Of a stretch of 64,000 bases of DNA, positions 50,383 through 64,000 are shown in pieces. Within the stretch, counting starts at the first letter, position 1. Every line of letters starts with the position of its first letter. Origin of the DNA: Podarcis vaucheri (Eukaryota); NCBI GenBank assembly GCA_965113315.1, contig OZ220368.1, one strand, 5' to 3'. The position numbers and the translations under genes were made by a program. The notes under the pieces are model-generated. The model had not been told where the DNA came from. It did not search any database and saw nothing but the letters and a program-made list of their open reading frames with translations.

Positions 50383-50688
50383 ATCAAAGTGGTGAATGCG
50401 TTCCGTAGCTCCTTGTATGAAGGCCTCGAGAAACCCGAATCCAGAAGCTCCATTCATAACTTCATGACTCACCCAGAGTTCATCCTGGAGGAAGACGAGC
50501 CTCGGACCCCATTCCTTGATGGCACTGACGAAGACCCAGAAGCTGAAGAACTCAAAAAGCAAAGTGAGGAGAGCCCAGGCGAGTCCTCACCCCTCAACAA
50601 AAATAACAATGCAGTGGACAGCGATACAGCTGAGGACACCATTCCGGAGCCAGAAAGCCCTTTACACAGCTTGGAAACATCAGTTTGA
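50383..50688 (+). CDS. ATP2B4: ATP2B4 terminal coding exon: b frame [17 protein letters not shown]...[10 protein letters not shown] (class I PDZ ligand); a-frame stop TAG at 50406-50408
   Basis: ctttgatacag|ATC AAA GTG; stop TGA at 50686-50688. Confidence 0.97.
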   Translation: MKVVNAFRSSLYEGLEKPESRSSIHNFMTHPEFILEEDEPRTPFLDGTDEDPEAEELKKQSEESPGESSPLNKNNNAVDSDTAEDTIPEPESPLHSLETSV

Positions 50689-53600
50689 CCTCTGAACTTT
50701 GATCCTCCTCTTTCTCCCCACCCTCCGCCCCCTCCATGCAACTTAAGCACCAACATCTGACCATACACTGCAGCCACTTCCTGTTAAGTGCTAATACATA
50801 TATGCCTATTTCCTCCCTCTCTCCCTCCTCCACCCCCATTTATGATTATTTAGCCGCAGGAACCACAGTACCACATGGCTAGAGATTTGCTTCTCAACCA
50901 TTGTTTTCTCAACCATTATTTGAGAGAGTTTCTCAGGAGAGAAACTGCCAGCTTTGATACGTCTTGTTCCTTCAAGTTGAGTTCCGTGTGTCTGTAACAG
51001 TCACTTTCCCTTGTTGAAGTTGCATGCATGAAGAAACAAGGTTCAGATTCTCTTAAAGCAGCTGTGTGTACAACATCAGATGGTGCAGTTGTGGGGATAG
51101 CTCTATTTTATGTGCAGAATCTGAATCTTAGATGCCTCCCTGTGCCCTTGGGGAGAAGGGATGGGCACTAAGAGTATGCCATTATTAGAGGGGGATCTGA
51201 ATCAGGTATTGGACATGAAAGTGAACCCAGTCTTCCATTGGGGGGGGAGGGGAGAGGGAATGGTACCTGATTTTTACCATTTTTCTGTTTGTGTATTCTC
51301 TCTCTCTCTCTCTCTGTTTCCATGGTGGTATCAATCACCAGAGATAAGAGTGACTTTTAAAGTCTTAAAAATGTCTTCTAAACAATGTGGCTTGAAGAAG
51401 GCCAAGCAACAAGGAGTTATGAGAGCACCGTTTTCTCTGAGGGAATGAAACATGGCCTCTGGGGGAAATGAGTTGTATATGAATTAAGAGCAGATCACAT
51501 AGGCACTCTGTGTTAGCTGAGGTGATTTCTGTTCAATTTGACTTTAGGGTTTTACTATTTTGACTCTCAGATTAATGAAGTCATTGGCCCTATAAGGTCA
51601 ACATCCCAATTCCACGCCTGATAATAATAAATGATCCCAAATAACGTTGCATAAGTCCAGGCCATGGTCGCTGTATACTTTCAGAAGGCTTATTATGGGA
51701 AGAGGGGTAGCTTCTCAGACAGTGCAAAATGTAAAGAAGTTGGGCTGGGCCAGATCTAGTAATGAGCTATTACTACAGCTTCTCTTGCATTTTGTGTGCT
51801 GAAGAGTTAACAGTGTAACAGGAATGCAAAGGCCTTTGTGAAATTGCAAATGACTTGGTGCTATGGAGTTGGGCCTAGTTACATCACAAAGCACCTTCCT
51901 CAGTTACAATTTGAATGAGGCATAGCAATACGGCTTCTCCACATTTCTCCTTAGGTGTGCCTTCCCTTTTCATTTCACTGAAACTGGCCTGCATCTTTTC
52001 CCCAAAATTGATGTTGCGGCTTAAGCTGCCTAAAAACAATAATATTTTTTTAAAAAATGCTGGAGAAGGTAAATCAGCTCTTGCATTGAACGAGGGTGGC
52101 ATCATCCTCATCTTACCACACATCGCCTAGTATTAAGATGCTGGTCGGGCGACAGCCTTGCAGTGCGTAGCCATATGGGGAACTTGCTGAAACTCTTCAG
52201 AGCATATCTCAGTGAGGGCCAGTTTGTACGAGAGAGAGAGAGAGTGTAAAGCATGGGCATCCACAGTTTTAAAAACCGAGGGCAAATCTTGGTGTGATGG
52301 GTCACCACAGAATGCTTAACCTGGGAAGTGCTGCCTGGAAGCAAAGAGAGAGCCTAGTTGCTTGTAGCTGTATCTCCTTTCTGGCCATCATCCCGACGTT
52401 CAAAAGTGTACAGCTTTCCTTTGGAAGAACGCACAGCAGAAACTCCTGTGCCTTGTCTAAGCACTGCCCAAAGCACCGCCTGCCACGTGGGGAGACGGTA
52501 CTTTGCCAAGAGATAAGTGTTCCTTAAAGAAACAAGCAAAATGAAACTTAATTGAGTGTTTTGGTTTCATTTTTAAACTCAAAACCCCTTCGCCTTGCGG
52601 GTTGATTCCTGAATTCCATTGCAAGTTTGAGGTAGACCTGTGAAAACTCCTTCTCAGTAGATCTTCTGTTCCAATGCTGGTGTAAAGAGGACTTCAGTGC
52701 TAGGCGCAAGGAGCTGCTAATATCTCGGGGGGGGGGGTGGTGGGGGGGGGAGAAATAACCATCAGTGACCATCTTAATTGCAAATAAGGCACCATTCCAT
52801 CTCCACAACCCTTGTTTTCCTTCCAGATAAATTCACTTCCATTCATCCGAACATCGGGAGGAATTTAAAGAGGGAAACTGCCATCTCTTGCTGCGTGACC
52901 TATCAAACAAGACTAAGAAAAACTTTTGTTTAGTTACGTTCTAAAGATTACATTGCTTCAAAGGTCATTTTTCTATTTTAAAAACTTGCAAAAAAAAAAG
53001 AAGTGGTGTTATGCGCTTGCATAAATATTTGTGGGAGGGGATACTGATAATTTTTTTGCTGTTGTTTCTTTAATATTTTTCCTTACCTCAAACATGTTTT
53101 GGAAGAAGAAAACGTGGCCCTCACAAAGTCACTCCCAGAGATCTGTAATTGACCGGTGTGGTGAGGGGGTCTGGCCTACATTTTAGTCCACTGTTTTTTC
53201 TTTTTGTGTGTCTAGCTTCCTCGGGAGGGAGGGTGCAGGTGGGGAAATAATTATATAAATATTATGCAAAAAATATATAGTTTTCTTTAGATCAGAAACA
53301 GATATTTTTAAGTCAGCCATATGTATTTTGTTTAAAGGAAACAGAACTGCTGAGTTATGTCACTGCAGTGGAATGTAGTCACATGGCTGGCGGTTGGAAT
53401 TTAGTGATGGGCCAGACTCCAGTCGGCTTCCTTTTCTCTGAACAGCCATCTTTGTACTTTAAAAAAAAAAATCAGTTGTGTTATACAGAAATGTTTTTTA
53501 TATAAATTATGTTGATATGGCTGGTTGCTTAAAGTATAAGTGTTTATTGTGCATAACATTCTTAATGTAAAATAGGTTGGGTTTTAGTTTTTTCTTTCTT

Positions 53601-53742
53601 TCCTATTTTAGTTTCATTGATATAACTGGCAGCAGTTGGCTGGCTTAAGTTATTCAGGAAATATTTAAAAAAAACAACACATGTGGCCGAGAAAGAGTGC
53701 TGAAGATATGAGGCACAAGCCCCAATCCACAGTCATGTAGGA

Positions 53743-53744
<2 letters not shown>

Positions 53745-53777
<33 letters not shown>
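53745..53777. repeat. (CA)n microsatellite in the probable 3' UTR
   Basis: Read directly. Confidence 0.95.
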
Positions 53778-53783
<6 letters not shown>

Positions 53784-55829
53784 CCCCAAAATGAATGGCC
53801 AGCATTTTGGGCTTCCACGGCATGGATCACCTGTTTGGGGGTTGGAGGGGCAAGGGAGACCTCAGTTAAGTCACCACTACCACCACCTCCCCAAACAGGT
53901 GAGCAGCACTGCCAAAGGTTGACTGCACCAGCCACGTCTTAGCGGAAAGATGAGTAAAACCAGTTCAACAAAGATCAGCACCTGGTGCAGGGCTGCTGTT
54001 GTTTTAAGTCCACAAGGCATCCTTTTATGTGCATTTAGATAGCATCCATGTAAGGCAATCCACGCACCGAAGCCTAGTTCTGTGTATGATCTGCCTTTCG
54101 GGGATGGGGATAGATTGCAATTTCTCTGAAACATACCATGAAGGGCGGGAAGATATTTGCTGCCAATCGAGTGATCCTTGGGGGGTGGGGATAATTCAAG
54201 GTTGTGCCATGCCAGACAGGAAATGAGGTAATATCCTGTGATGTGTGTTACTTTGCCTTGGAATGCTGTGTTGTTGTTGTTTTATAAGAGAGAAAAAAGA
54301 AACCCTGGACATAATTTTGCATCCAGTTCTTAATCGTAGGAATTTATTCTCTTTTTGTTAAATAAATTGGCAGATTGGTACCAAAGACATTACATCACTT
54401 CCTGTGTGCAATGAAGACTATCCATTTTTAGGAGTTAGAATTATGTAATTGGTTATTTTTATTGAGTCGCACAGGGATCTGACTTAATTTTTTTTCAAAA
54501 GTTTTGTGCAATAAGTTTTAAGATAATATTATTTTAAAACACAAAAAGACAACTACAGAAGGAAAACAAATCTAATTGTAATTTTAGCCATGGGCAGTCA
54601 TGAGCAGACATCAGTCTTGCTTAAGGGCAAATTTTGAATTACTACTAGAATTCTCTGCCTGTGTTTTCACTTGCCTCTTCTCTTCAAAATCAACACAAGG
54701 CTCTATCGTGATGGAGCTGAAGTCCACTGAAGACTCCTAATGCCTTTAATTTTAAATGGCCCACATCGCAAGATCCCCTTCATCCACCGAGAGGATCTGT
54801 ATCCGCTTTACAGCATCTCCCCCTCTCCATCCCCGTCTACTCTTCCTTTTGGTTGAGGTTAAGACAAATGCTTGGATGCAAACCTGATCGCAGCCACAGT
54901 TTTAAAGAAGAGCAGGGAGGTCTTGGGAGCCTAATGCCAACCATCATCTTCTCTTCACACCTGCTCGAGAGGTCACCGGTCAAGGTTAACTCTGGACAAG
55001 GGCTCTTCTTCCTCAGCAGAGCACCTTGATGAGAGAAGGACAAGCTGCCTGCACCACTGAGGAGAGAATATGGCTATGACGAGAACTCTCTCACTTTGTC
55101 TTGTCCACTCTGCCTTTAGAGCACCTTCAATCGTATATTGGAAGCAATGTAGCTTCCATGTCGGTCCTTCTCACACTCTCTGCGGTCATGGTAATAACCC
55201 TACTAACCAAAAGGGGCAAAATCTGCGAATTCATGTGCCCTTTGATGAACCCATGGCTAAGACTACTTGTTTGTTTTTTTCTGCCCATGAATAAATATAT
55301 ATACAGTATTGGAATAGATATTTGTGTATATATTTATTTGAATGAAAAGGCTTTTCTAAAGAAGCATGCAGATTAGAATTTACGTTTTTTCCCCTTTTTT
55401 CCAGTAACTAGTATAATAAGCACTGGTATTTTTGTATAAAAAAGAAAAAAAAGACAAAACAAAAGACTGAATATTATGTGGTATGCATGACATAAACAAA
55501 TGGTGGTTTCAAAGCAATATGTACCCTGATGTGTTTGCCATATTCTAGAGTCCAGCTTAAAGTGCACCTGATCTGTAATTGCATTTTGATATTATTTAAT
55601 CTCTATGTACAATGTTTTGCATGTATTTATATGGTTCTTGGGAAGAATTTTTTGTTTTGTTTGGGGGGAGGGGTAAGGAGGGAGGGATTGGAATGATTGA
55701 CAATGAGCTTCTTCCAGAACATTTGAAACTCCAAGCAGAGGTAATGCTGATTGGAACCACGATGGGGAAATCAAGCCAATTTTTTTTTTAAGGTGCAACA
55801 GGCGGGGAAAGGGATAAAAGTTTTGAACT

Positions 55830-55887
55830 AATAAAGCATTTTTTGCTGTTGAGCAAAAACAGTGCGTGAGTGCGTTGAGAGAATAAA
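55830..55887 (+). terminator. Candidate distal polyadenylation signals (two AATAAA, at 55830 and 55882)
   Basis: Upstream TGTA motifs near 55575-55625 and a downstream GT-rich stretch gtgatgtctt. Confidence 0.5.
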
Positions 55888-58800
55888 CTCTGCCCCCTTG
55901 TAACCGTGATGTCTTCAATATATGTCCCACCAGTTTTTGAAGTCACTGATCATCTACTGAAGCTGAGATGAAGGAGAACCTGAAGGAATGCAAAAGTTTG
56001 GCTTGGAACAAAATTGTAGTGTGAAAACAGTTTTAAAAAAATATATATAACTAAAATTGATGTGACGTTTTCAATATCCAGTGTGCACAGCTGCACAAAA
56101 CCTCTGCCACTTCTGTCACCTCTCTGCAAGGTCCAGAAAGAGCCATCAAATACTAGCCAATGCAGCATGCCAGCACAGAGAGAAATCCAAATGGTAATTT
56201 ATTTCAACAGGCGAAAGGCAGCATGCAGTGTTTTGCAAATGGTGGATTTTTAATCACAAGCCCACAAAGGTGGAGAAACAACATGGATAATAAATGTTCT
56301 TAACACAAGGCAGCAACTTCCTCCAGTTACAGCAGTTAAGATCTGTAAACAAATAATAAATCAATGTTATTTCTAGCATTTCTGATCCTTTCTAAGAAAG
56401 TACTACAGGAGCAAAAATACAATGCCCCATTTCAGTAAGTTTGTTGAGTGTAAGATGAAAAGATCTGTTCATATATTACACTTGTGGTTTGAGCGCTTTG
56501 AAACCATGTTCTTGAATCAGGCATTGAATGAGCTAGATACATGCACTTATCACACCCTATGTTTCATCATAAAAAACATGGCAAAAAATGTTCTGATCAT
56601 TCTCCTTGAGCCACAATACGTTTTCATGATGCACATATGGTGAAATAAATGTATGTCCTTCAACTTCCATGGGGTACCTGCTAAAAGTGGGGGGTCTACA
56701 ACAATCCGCACCATTCAGCAAAATGAGATGCAAAATGTCTTCAGTCTATGCAGGGCATTGTGCTCCACCACATTTCTTTAATAGGAAGAATAAAAAATCT
56801 CTATTACAGCAAACGTTTGCAACTTTAACATCTTGCTTTTCTTCCCTCCTCTCTATTCTATACATGACAGCTGAGTAGTAACTCCCATTCTGCCATTAAA
56901 TTCATTGGGACTTGCTTCCAGCTAAGTGATTATGGGATTGCAGCTGTACCTCCCCTTCAGTGTAAGTAGGATTACTTCATAGTGCAGCTAATCCTTATAG
57001 GATAGTAGCAAAAGAAGCCCCCACATTTCCAAACCTAACTAGTGAGACGGGATATAAATGTTTTAAGAATCCAGTCTGTACCCTGCTCATGCGGGAAGAG
57101 GGTTAAGCAGCAGTGAATTCTGCATCTAGGAGAATTGTGCACCGAAAGGGCAAAATTCAGTGGATCAGGCAAGCTAGAAAACTGGTCCGTTTCACTTAAT
57201 TTGTATTTTATGATCAAACATTTTTCATCCCAAAAATATTATTGGAAGCAAATCCCTCAGCTAATTCCAAAACACATTTCTTAAGTCGACATTCTGTGTA
57301 GATAACGGAGGGGGCTTTGATCAAAAGCTCTCCATTTGGATAAGGAACAACTGCAAAAAGTTTATTTTGTTTCTAACAGTGACCTAGAAGTGAAAGTTGA
57401 GCAGGTGTTTCTCCTTTAATTGCCTTACAAGAGGCAGCACCTGCTCAAATTCAGTTTCTTGAACGAGGGAACTGAAGCCTTGCTCCTATATTAAGTCTGG
57501 GAAATTATAATAACCCCGCTACTTTCCAATTCATTGGTGGTTCCTGCTTACCAAGCGCCATTCTTGAAGTTTCTCAGCAGTGTGAGTTAAATGAGACTCT
57601 GGATTTGTGAGAAAAGCCCTTGCCTATGCAGGGCTTCGCATAGCTTGTTGGCCTATTGAAAGCAGTTCTCTGCTAGGGTGGTCAATTGTGGAAACAAGGC
57701 CAGTCTCCTGCACCTTTTAGAGCAGGAATGTCATCAGGTGCTGTTTGCATGATAAGTTACACCTGATGAGCTTAGCTCTTCAACACCACTATTAAAGATG
57801 AGGGAGCCTGGCTCTCTTTTTGGATTTAGCCACTGGATTCTCAGCCCATGCAACGAATTCAGCAAGGGTAGCATTTACACAACAACACAGACTGCTGGCA
57901 TGCACAGGTAGGCTCATGGTTTTAAATGTGCTGAGCACCATAGAATCCTGCCCAGGGTTGTTTTGCTTTTGTGCACACAAAGTCTCATTTAAATCAGGCC
58001 AGGATAATGCTAAAACGAATGGTCAAGTAATGCTAATGGAGAAGTTTGCTGTTTTGGAGAGCAGGGAAATGTGTTAGTGTAATCTCAGGCTGGGGAGAGA
58101 AGCAAGCAGGCCTGTGAATCTCCAAAGGGCCATGATTTTCTTTGTATGTAATTCTTTGTAATAATATCCCTTTGTGATTAAAAACCTGAGCCAAATAAGT
58201 ACTTGGCAGAGAGCAGGATGATTGCAGGGTCACAGCAACGTCATCATTGCTTCCCAAATTTCAAGTGAGATACAGATGTTATAGCTGAGCAGTTTCCTAT
58301 TATGGTTGTTTTTCCTATGCTGCCATACAATGATGCCAAATTACTTGTGGTTGTTGGACTTTCCTTTAAAAGAGCAGATCAATTATTTACCTGGTCATTG
58401 TCTGAATTCTGTGGCCTGTGTGGTTCTTGTTAGCGTGTGACCTGTGCTCCTTTTGTGCCATAACCTGGTAGATGTGAAAGCTGCCATTTTTGTGCCTTTC
58501 AACCAGCCCACCACTGCCCACACTCCCTCTTCCATCATCTGCTGATGATTTGCAGCTGCTGTTTCTTGACAAACGAGTGATAGAGGAACTTTTGGAGATT
58601 TCAGGTTACAGTGACTCCCAAGTAATACTTCATTGGCAATCCTGGGACCAAGATCTATTAGAGACCAAAAATGAATCCCTGTTCAGGCATTCAGTTTATT
58701 ATGCACATGAGTCTTAATGCTGCCTCTCCGTCATGTCACTGTTTCCATGCATGCTTCTTTCCATGAGCTGAAGAGCAAACACATGCAGCGGGGAGTCTCC

Positions 58801-61172
58801 TGCATTTGTGAAGCTTCTGCATGGGATTTAGGACCTTGAACAATCATGCACACAGGGTGGTCTTCACTGCAGAAATTCACTTTCCAACCTTTTCAGCATT
58901 CTTGGGAATGGTGACATGACTGCAGGAGCAGGGTTGGCCAGCAGGTCCCTGCCTTTTTCACACAAGATGAGACTAAACAAGGCTGCAGTAAAGGCCACAG
59001 CATCAATAGTTGGGTATATGCTATGGGCTTCATCAAACATTAGCAAGTATAGTGCAAGTTACAGATACATGTGTCCCTGCTGGTGTTGCAGCATAGGTGT
59101 GCATTATAGGTATAACAGCTAGAGGACTCAATGGCTCGTGTTTTCTCGAACAGCCAATCGATGACAGCCTGAAATTAGATGAAAATTTCAGATGGACAAA
59201 GCCATCAAGCAGGAATTCTTGGCAGACTATCCATCTTAATGGGGTCAGCCCGGACGTTCCTTTTGGCATAAAGGGGACTTTGGATTATTTCTAGAAACTC
59301 AAATATTGCAGGTTTTGATGGGATAAATCTCATGTTAGTTGAAGTGCACAGGTTTGTGAGGAATAGCCATAAGAGAACCAGAAGAGTGAAAGTGAATATA
59401 AGAGTCCCCAGTCTGAGCAGAAAAGTAGCTGGGCTTTTGGGGGGGGGGTCCAGATCAGTTTCAAAGTAAACCTCTGGCACCCATGAGCAGGCAGGCAGTA
59501 CATCCAGCTCAATGTTTCACAGTGAATCCCCAGTGCAAGTTGCAGTCGCTGCCTTTTGTGTCGCCAGTTTGCGTGAAGTCAATGTTGCTTCCCTTGGCCT
59601 TAAATCCTATCATTCATTTTGGCCACAATACTTTTTTGTCTGAGCAGGTGTGTCCTTTCAAAAAACAGTCCAAAATCTTTAGGGAGGCTAGTTTGTTGGC
59701 TGTTTTTGGGCCTTGCCCACTTTCTGAACAAGTCTGTTGGCTTCATGATTTCTAGAAAACTGGATTGGGATTGTTTACTCAGGCTATTTGCTGCTTGTAA
59801 ACAGAGAAATTGGACCAGCAGATCACTGCCTCAATCTATTGGCAAAAAGAAAAAAGGAGAAATACAGTAAAACAATTAAAAAGTGTAAACCAAGCAAAGC
59901 CTCAATAGATATCAGTGCCGAATATTTACTGCCTCTTGTCTTCTGTGTCTGTCGCCCAGCCTGCGTGTGTGAGGCCATCCGTTGTCCATGGGCAAGCATT
60001 TTTTAAAAATTAATTGTAAATAAAAAGAATAAAAAATGTGGCCCATTTCTTCTGCTTCTTGGTATGTTTTGCGTCTCCAGCTGTGTCAAGTTGTGAGCTT
60101 TGAGGGGAGGGTGGAAAGGAGTAAAAAGGAAGAGATTGTTCACATGTGGTTAGTTTCTGGCCTTGACTCTTGCAGTCCCAAAGAACTGAACCATGTTTGG
60201 GAAGCCTGAGGCCTTGCTTGTGGGCTCTTAAATAGTGTCCCACTTAACTCACCCAATGGTGTTGGTGCATTTGCAGATGTGAACACATCCAACTGTTTGG
60301 ACTAACATAGGAAATTGTCTGGCTAAATGGCAGCGGAGCCACTCCACTATGTAGTAAATTGCTTGAGATGTTCTGCTTATTTGACCTCATACAACTAATG
60401 CTGCAGCCAAAAACTTGGTAGTATGGTAGAGTAGGGGTGGGAGAGGTAATGCTTGCAGAATAGCCAGATGAGAAATCTAGGTAGCCTGATGGGTAATACA
60501 ATTAAGTGAATAGGGAATGCATGAATTCCTTTAAATATCCACAAGTAAAAGGGTTAAAGCTATGTGGCCCCATCCCAGAGTTGTCCACTGAACCTAATTG
60601 TACTTCCTCCAAGGTAAGTGTGCTTAAGTTTGCTGCCTTGCTTTCTTTTAAAGAAAGCTTACACCTTCTGGGGAAAGGGCTGGACCGTCCCCAAGGATTC
60701 AAGAGCCCCACAGGCGCACTGCACTATCATTACAATCCTAGTTTTGTTGTCCTGGAGCAATGGTGGCCAGCTGCCATGGACTGGTTGGATGTGGAGGAAT
60801 GGTAGGAGAAGCCATCTGGAGAATCACCAAGGGAAGAAGACTCAGAACCCAGGGACATAAAACTAGCCCCCATTTGAGGTCTTGGACTTGCCACTGAAAT
60901 TTTCCACAGTGCCCATAATGTGTCAGCGCTGGGTCATTTACACTGGCCACTCCATCAGAGCACTTGCTGCTGCAAGGATCATGGGAAGACATTTTGCCAA
61001 GGACCCTTTCAAACCTTGAATTGGCCTTGCCTGCTAATAGGAGGGAGGAAAAACGAGACCATGAAGGACATGTTGGACCAATATTTATCCTCCTAAAAGA
61101 CAAGTGTTCATATCCTGACTGGGCTTATCAGTGAAGCATTCACGGTCAGGTGCTAGATAGTCTCAAAACCTA

Positions 61173-61173
<1 letters not shown>

Positions 61174-61225
<52 letters not shown>

Positions 61226-61440
61226 TTATTATTTATACCCCGCCCATCTGGCTGGGTTTCCCCAGCCACTCTGGGCGGCTTCCAAAAGAATATTAAAATA
61301 CTGTGATACATCAAACATTAAAAGCTTCCCTAAACAGGGCTGCCTTCAGATGTCTTCTAAAAGTCTGGTAGTTGTTGTTCTCTTTGACATCTGGTGGGAG
61401 GGCGTTCCACAGGGAGGGTGCCACTACCGAGAAGGCCCTC
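61174..61440 (-). mobile_element. Young L2 3' end, same subfamily as 9517, with long (TAA)n
   Basis: Close match to 9517-9740. Confidence 0.88.
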
Positions 61441-61671
61441 TTTTAATCCAATCATAGATGTAGAAGACCCAGTCTAATGCTGCCTGTTTGGAGCCTCCCC
61501 TTTTGAGGTAGGACAATCACATGTTCCCTTTACTTCAAGCAGCTCTGGCATGCATCATATGCCCAAGGCATGTTCCATCAGCCTACTGTGCTAATAGCAA
61601 TTATTTGCAATCACAGTAAGGGATGGTGACTTTTATCTGCCTGGATAAATTGCAGAGTGATCATATTGCCT

Positions 61672-61795
61672 AGTGCAGCTTTTGCCAAGCTGGTGCACTG
61701 CAGAGGCTTTGAACTATAACTTCCATCAATCCCGGATAGCATGTTGACATGGGGCTGATGGGAGTTAGTCCAGAATCTGGAGGGCACCAGGGTAG
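61672..61795. mobile_element. Hairpin MITE copy, degraded
   Basis: gaactataacttccatca ... tgatgggagttagtcc. Confidence 0.55.
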
Positions 61796-61870
61796 CTGAA
61801 GCGCAAGCAGCACTTATTTATGGACATGATCCAACCCAAATTAAGATGGATTTTAACAGGAGAGTAAAAT

Positions 61871-62059
61871 TAGGATTGCCATACGTCCGGAATTTCCAGG
61901 ACATAACTGGAATACTGCAGTCAGAAGCAGTGTCCGGGCAGAAATCGGATGTCAGGGAAATCCAGCCATATCCCCCCCCCCCCCAATGTCAGCAGTGTTT
62001 TGCCAAAAAAGCTCAACTTTTGTGTCCGGATTTTCCCTTTTTGCAATATGGCAACCCTA
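61871..62059. mobile_element. hAT (Tip100-like) MITE
   Basis: Inverted termini taggattgccata / tatggcaacccta flanked by a duplicated gtaaaat (7 bp, or 8 bp if the boundary shifts by one). Confidence 0.8.
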
Positions 62060-64000
62060 GTAAAATGTGTGCCAAGTCTTTTCTTTAGACTGGATTGTGT
62101 CCGTGAATTGTGCAAGAGACATTTCTGTATCCAGGAGAAATATTCTTATCTGCTCCCCCCTCCATTGATCTTTATAGGACACAGCTTGGGAGCACGGGAA
62201 GTAGTCTTAGAGAAAGGAAATAACAACAAAAAAAGCCAGCTATGCATTCTACACTGGCTCTGGGTGGGTCTGCTGCTAGTCTTGCAGAGTTTCTCCAGGG
62301 CAACAACATGAGCTAAGTTGGAAGCCATGAAAAGGCATTTCCAGAGTCCAAATGTAACGCAATCTAGATGTTTTCAATCTGTTGGTGTTCAAATGAAGCG
62401 AAATGGCATAGCAGGTCAAAACCATTTTCACCGGTGGCGTTATGAACACCTTTCCACCGTTACAAGACTAATCTACATGTAAATGACTCTTAACAAGTAC
62501 ATCACATGCTGGACACTAATTTTAAATTTGAGGGTACAACTCAAAAGGTGAGCTTACATTGCATTCTGTTTGATGCAAGATTTCATTCCCCTGTAAACAA
62601 ACCCAGATGGTATGAACCTAATCCAGTTATTTTCTGCTTCCAAATAAGTCACTTTAAGACTGCAGGCAGACTTAAATTAGTGTTTCCGATGGGGGATTTC
62701 TCTCCCAAGAAAATACTAGTTTAAAGGGGATTTTCCTCGGGATCACAGGAAAGGATTAAAGTATCCCTCTGCCTGCTGTAAGCCCAATAATTATTAGCAT
62801 CCCCCCCCCATAAACAAATGCAATTTGCATACAAAACCATAGATGCTAAAACAAAATGCCACATCTGCAAAAATGTGTTGTCCCCTTATACTATTCCCAT
62901 TTACATGGAGATTTGCCTGAGCATCAGTGATCTCTCTCCTTGAGCTGGCTTTCAGATGATAGATCAGTGGTGCCGTGCATTCTTTATCTTTACTTTTAAC
63001 ATTAAATAGACATTTAATTTAACTTGTTAATTCCAAGCATCCTGGGGGACATACTATTCTTAATGCCCAGAGTTCTAAGGAGAATCCTATTTATAGAAAT
63101 AGTAGATTTATTATGACTCTGCATCCTACATAATTATTTGGCAGCTTGGACCAGCTTGAGAACCTCTGCCCTGCTCTATCTTGCCTAAGCACATATACCT
63201 AAAATAATTTTTAAGTATTACCCTCCATTTCCTATTTTCCATGTGTTGGATTCTGGAATGTAAACTTGAGAGACCTCTTGTACTCTGTAAAGCATCAGGC
63301 ATACTGATGATGCTGCATTAATAATCTATAATATGAGACACTAGGGAGCCTGACAATTTCTGAATAGTTTATGAACACTGAAATATTACTCAAGCAAATA
63401 CACAACATTTTTAAATTTAACTATGTACAAGCGCCACAGAGGAGCAGACTACCCCTAATTTATGAAAGGTGAAAACTCACAAGTATGTAAAAAGAGCTAT
63501 AATCAAACTCTGCGGATAAAAAATGTAAAGGAAAGTGAGAATCTCACATCATAAACTTGACCTCAGAATTTGATTCTATTATCTACGATAATCCAATGAC
63601 CTATTTTTAGTGCAAGACTTTTTTCTTTTTTTTAAAGAAATCTGGCTCTTCAGTCCTTTTATGTTGCCAACTCAATTTGGGGCCAGTAAAAGCTGAGAAG
63701 CCATGACAGGTGGTAAATTCCTATTCTATTCTGCACAATGTTTTGGAAATAAAACACTGAAACACATTTCCGACATTAACTTTATTTAAAACACAAATAC
63801 TTCTCTCTCCTGCAGACTGTTTAAAGAAATAGCAAACATATCTGATTCAGATACAATGATTTAAACAGAAAACAAAAAGATGTACAGAAAGCAATGGGGT
63901 CTGTAGTTAAAAGCCTAGAGAGGAATCTCTTGTATGGGAAAACAAAACAAAAAAAAAATGAAGAGAAATGTCAACAAACAGAAGGTTCTGCATAAGCAGA

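Larger units (their letters stand above)
50689..55910 (+). other. ATP2B4: Probable long 3' UTR of ATP2B4 (about 5.2 kb); 3' end is approximate
   Basis: Follows the stop codon; few recognisable repeats; AU/U-rich blocks; AATAAA at 54361, 55290, 55830 and 55882. Confidence 0.6.

Noticed and set aside
58864-59512. Cluster of short ORFs, one with a hydrophobic stretch, as a second gene such as LAX1
   Set aside because: No recognisable homology and no consistent exon chain; needs BLASTX or RNA-seq.

Overview
Vertebrate genomic DNA, most likely a squamate lizard, judged from its repeats (BovB, L2, CR1, Squam3-like SINE). The window is dominated by one + strand gene for a plasma-membrane Ca2+-ATPase (P2B P-type ATPase), best matching ATP2B4/PMCA4. 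I traced 17 constitutive coding exons from 5857 to 50688 by hand; all have GT-AG boundaries and compatible phases, and about 130 N-terminal residues lie upstream of the window. Two alternative exons are present: a 36-nt splice-site-A exon (12421-12456) and a 199-nt splice-site-C exon (42550-42748) that switches the C-terminus from ETSV* (b form) to NQSGECVP* (a form). A probable 3' UTR of about 5.2 kb follows. Introns hold many LINE 3' ends, tRNA-derived SINEs and MITEs, including a three-element nested insertion at 28.3-28.9 kb. I found no convincing second protein-coding gene, only a possible poly(A) site of a convergent transcript near the right edge. I cannot support a wholly new biological system here. 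The best leads concern splicing: exon junctions that recreate 5' splice sites, several donors within the C exon, and RBFOX/QKI/CTCF-like motifs beside the alternative exons.
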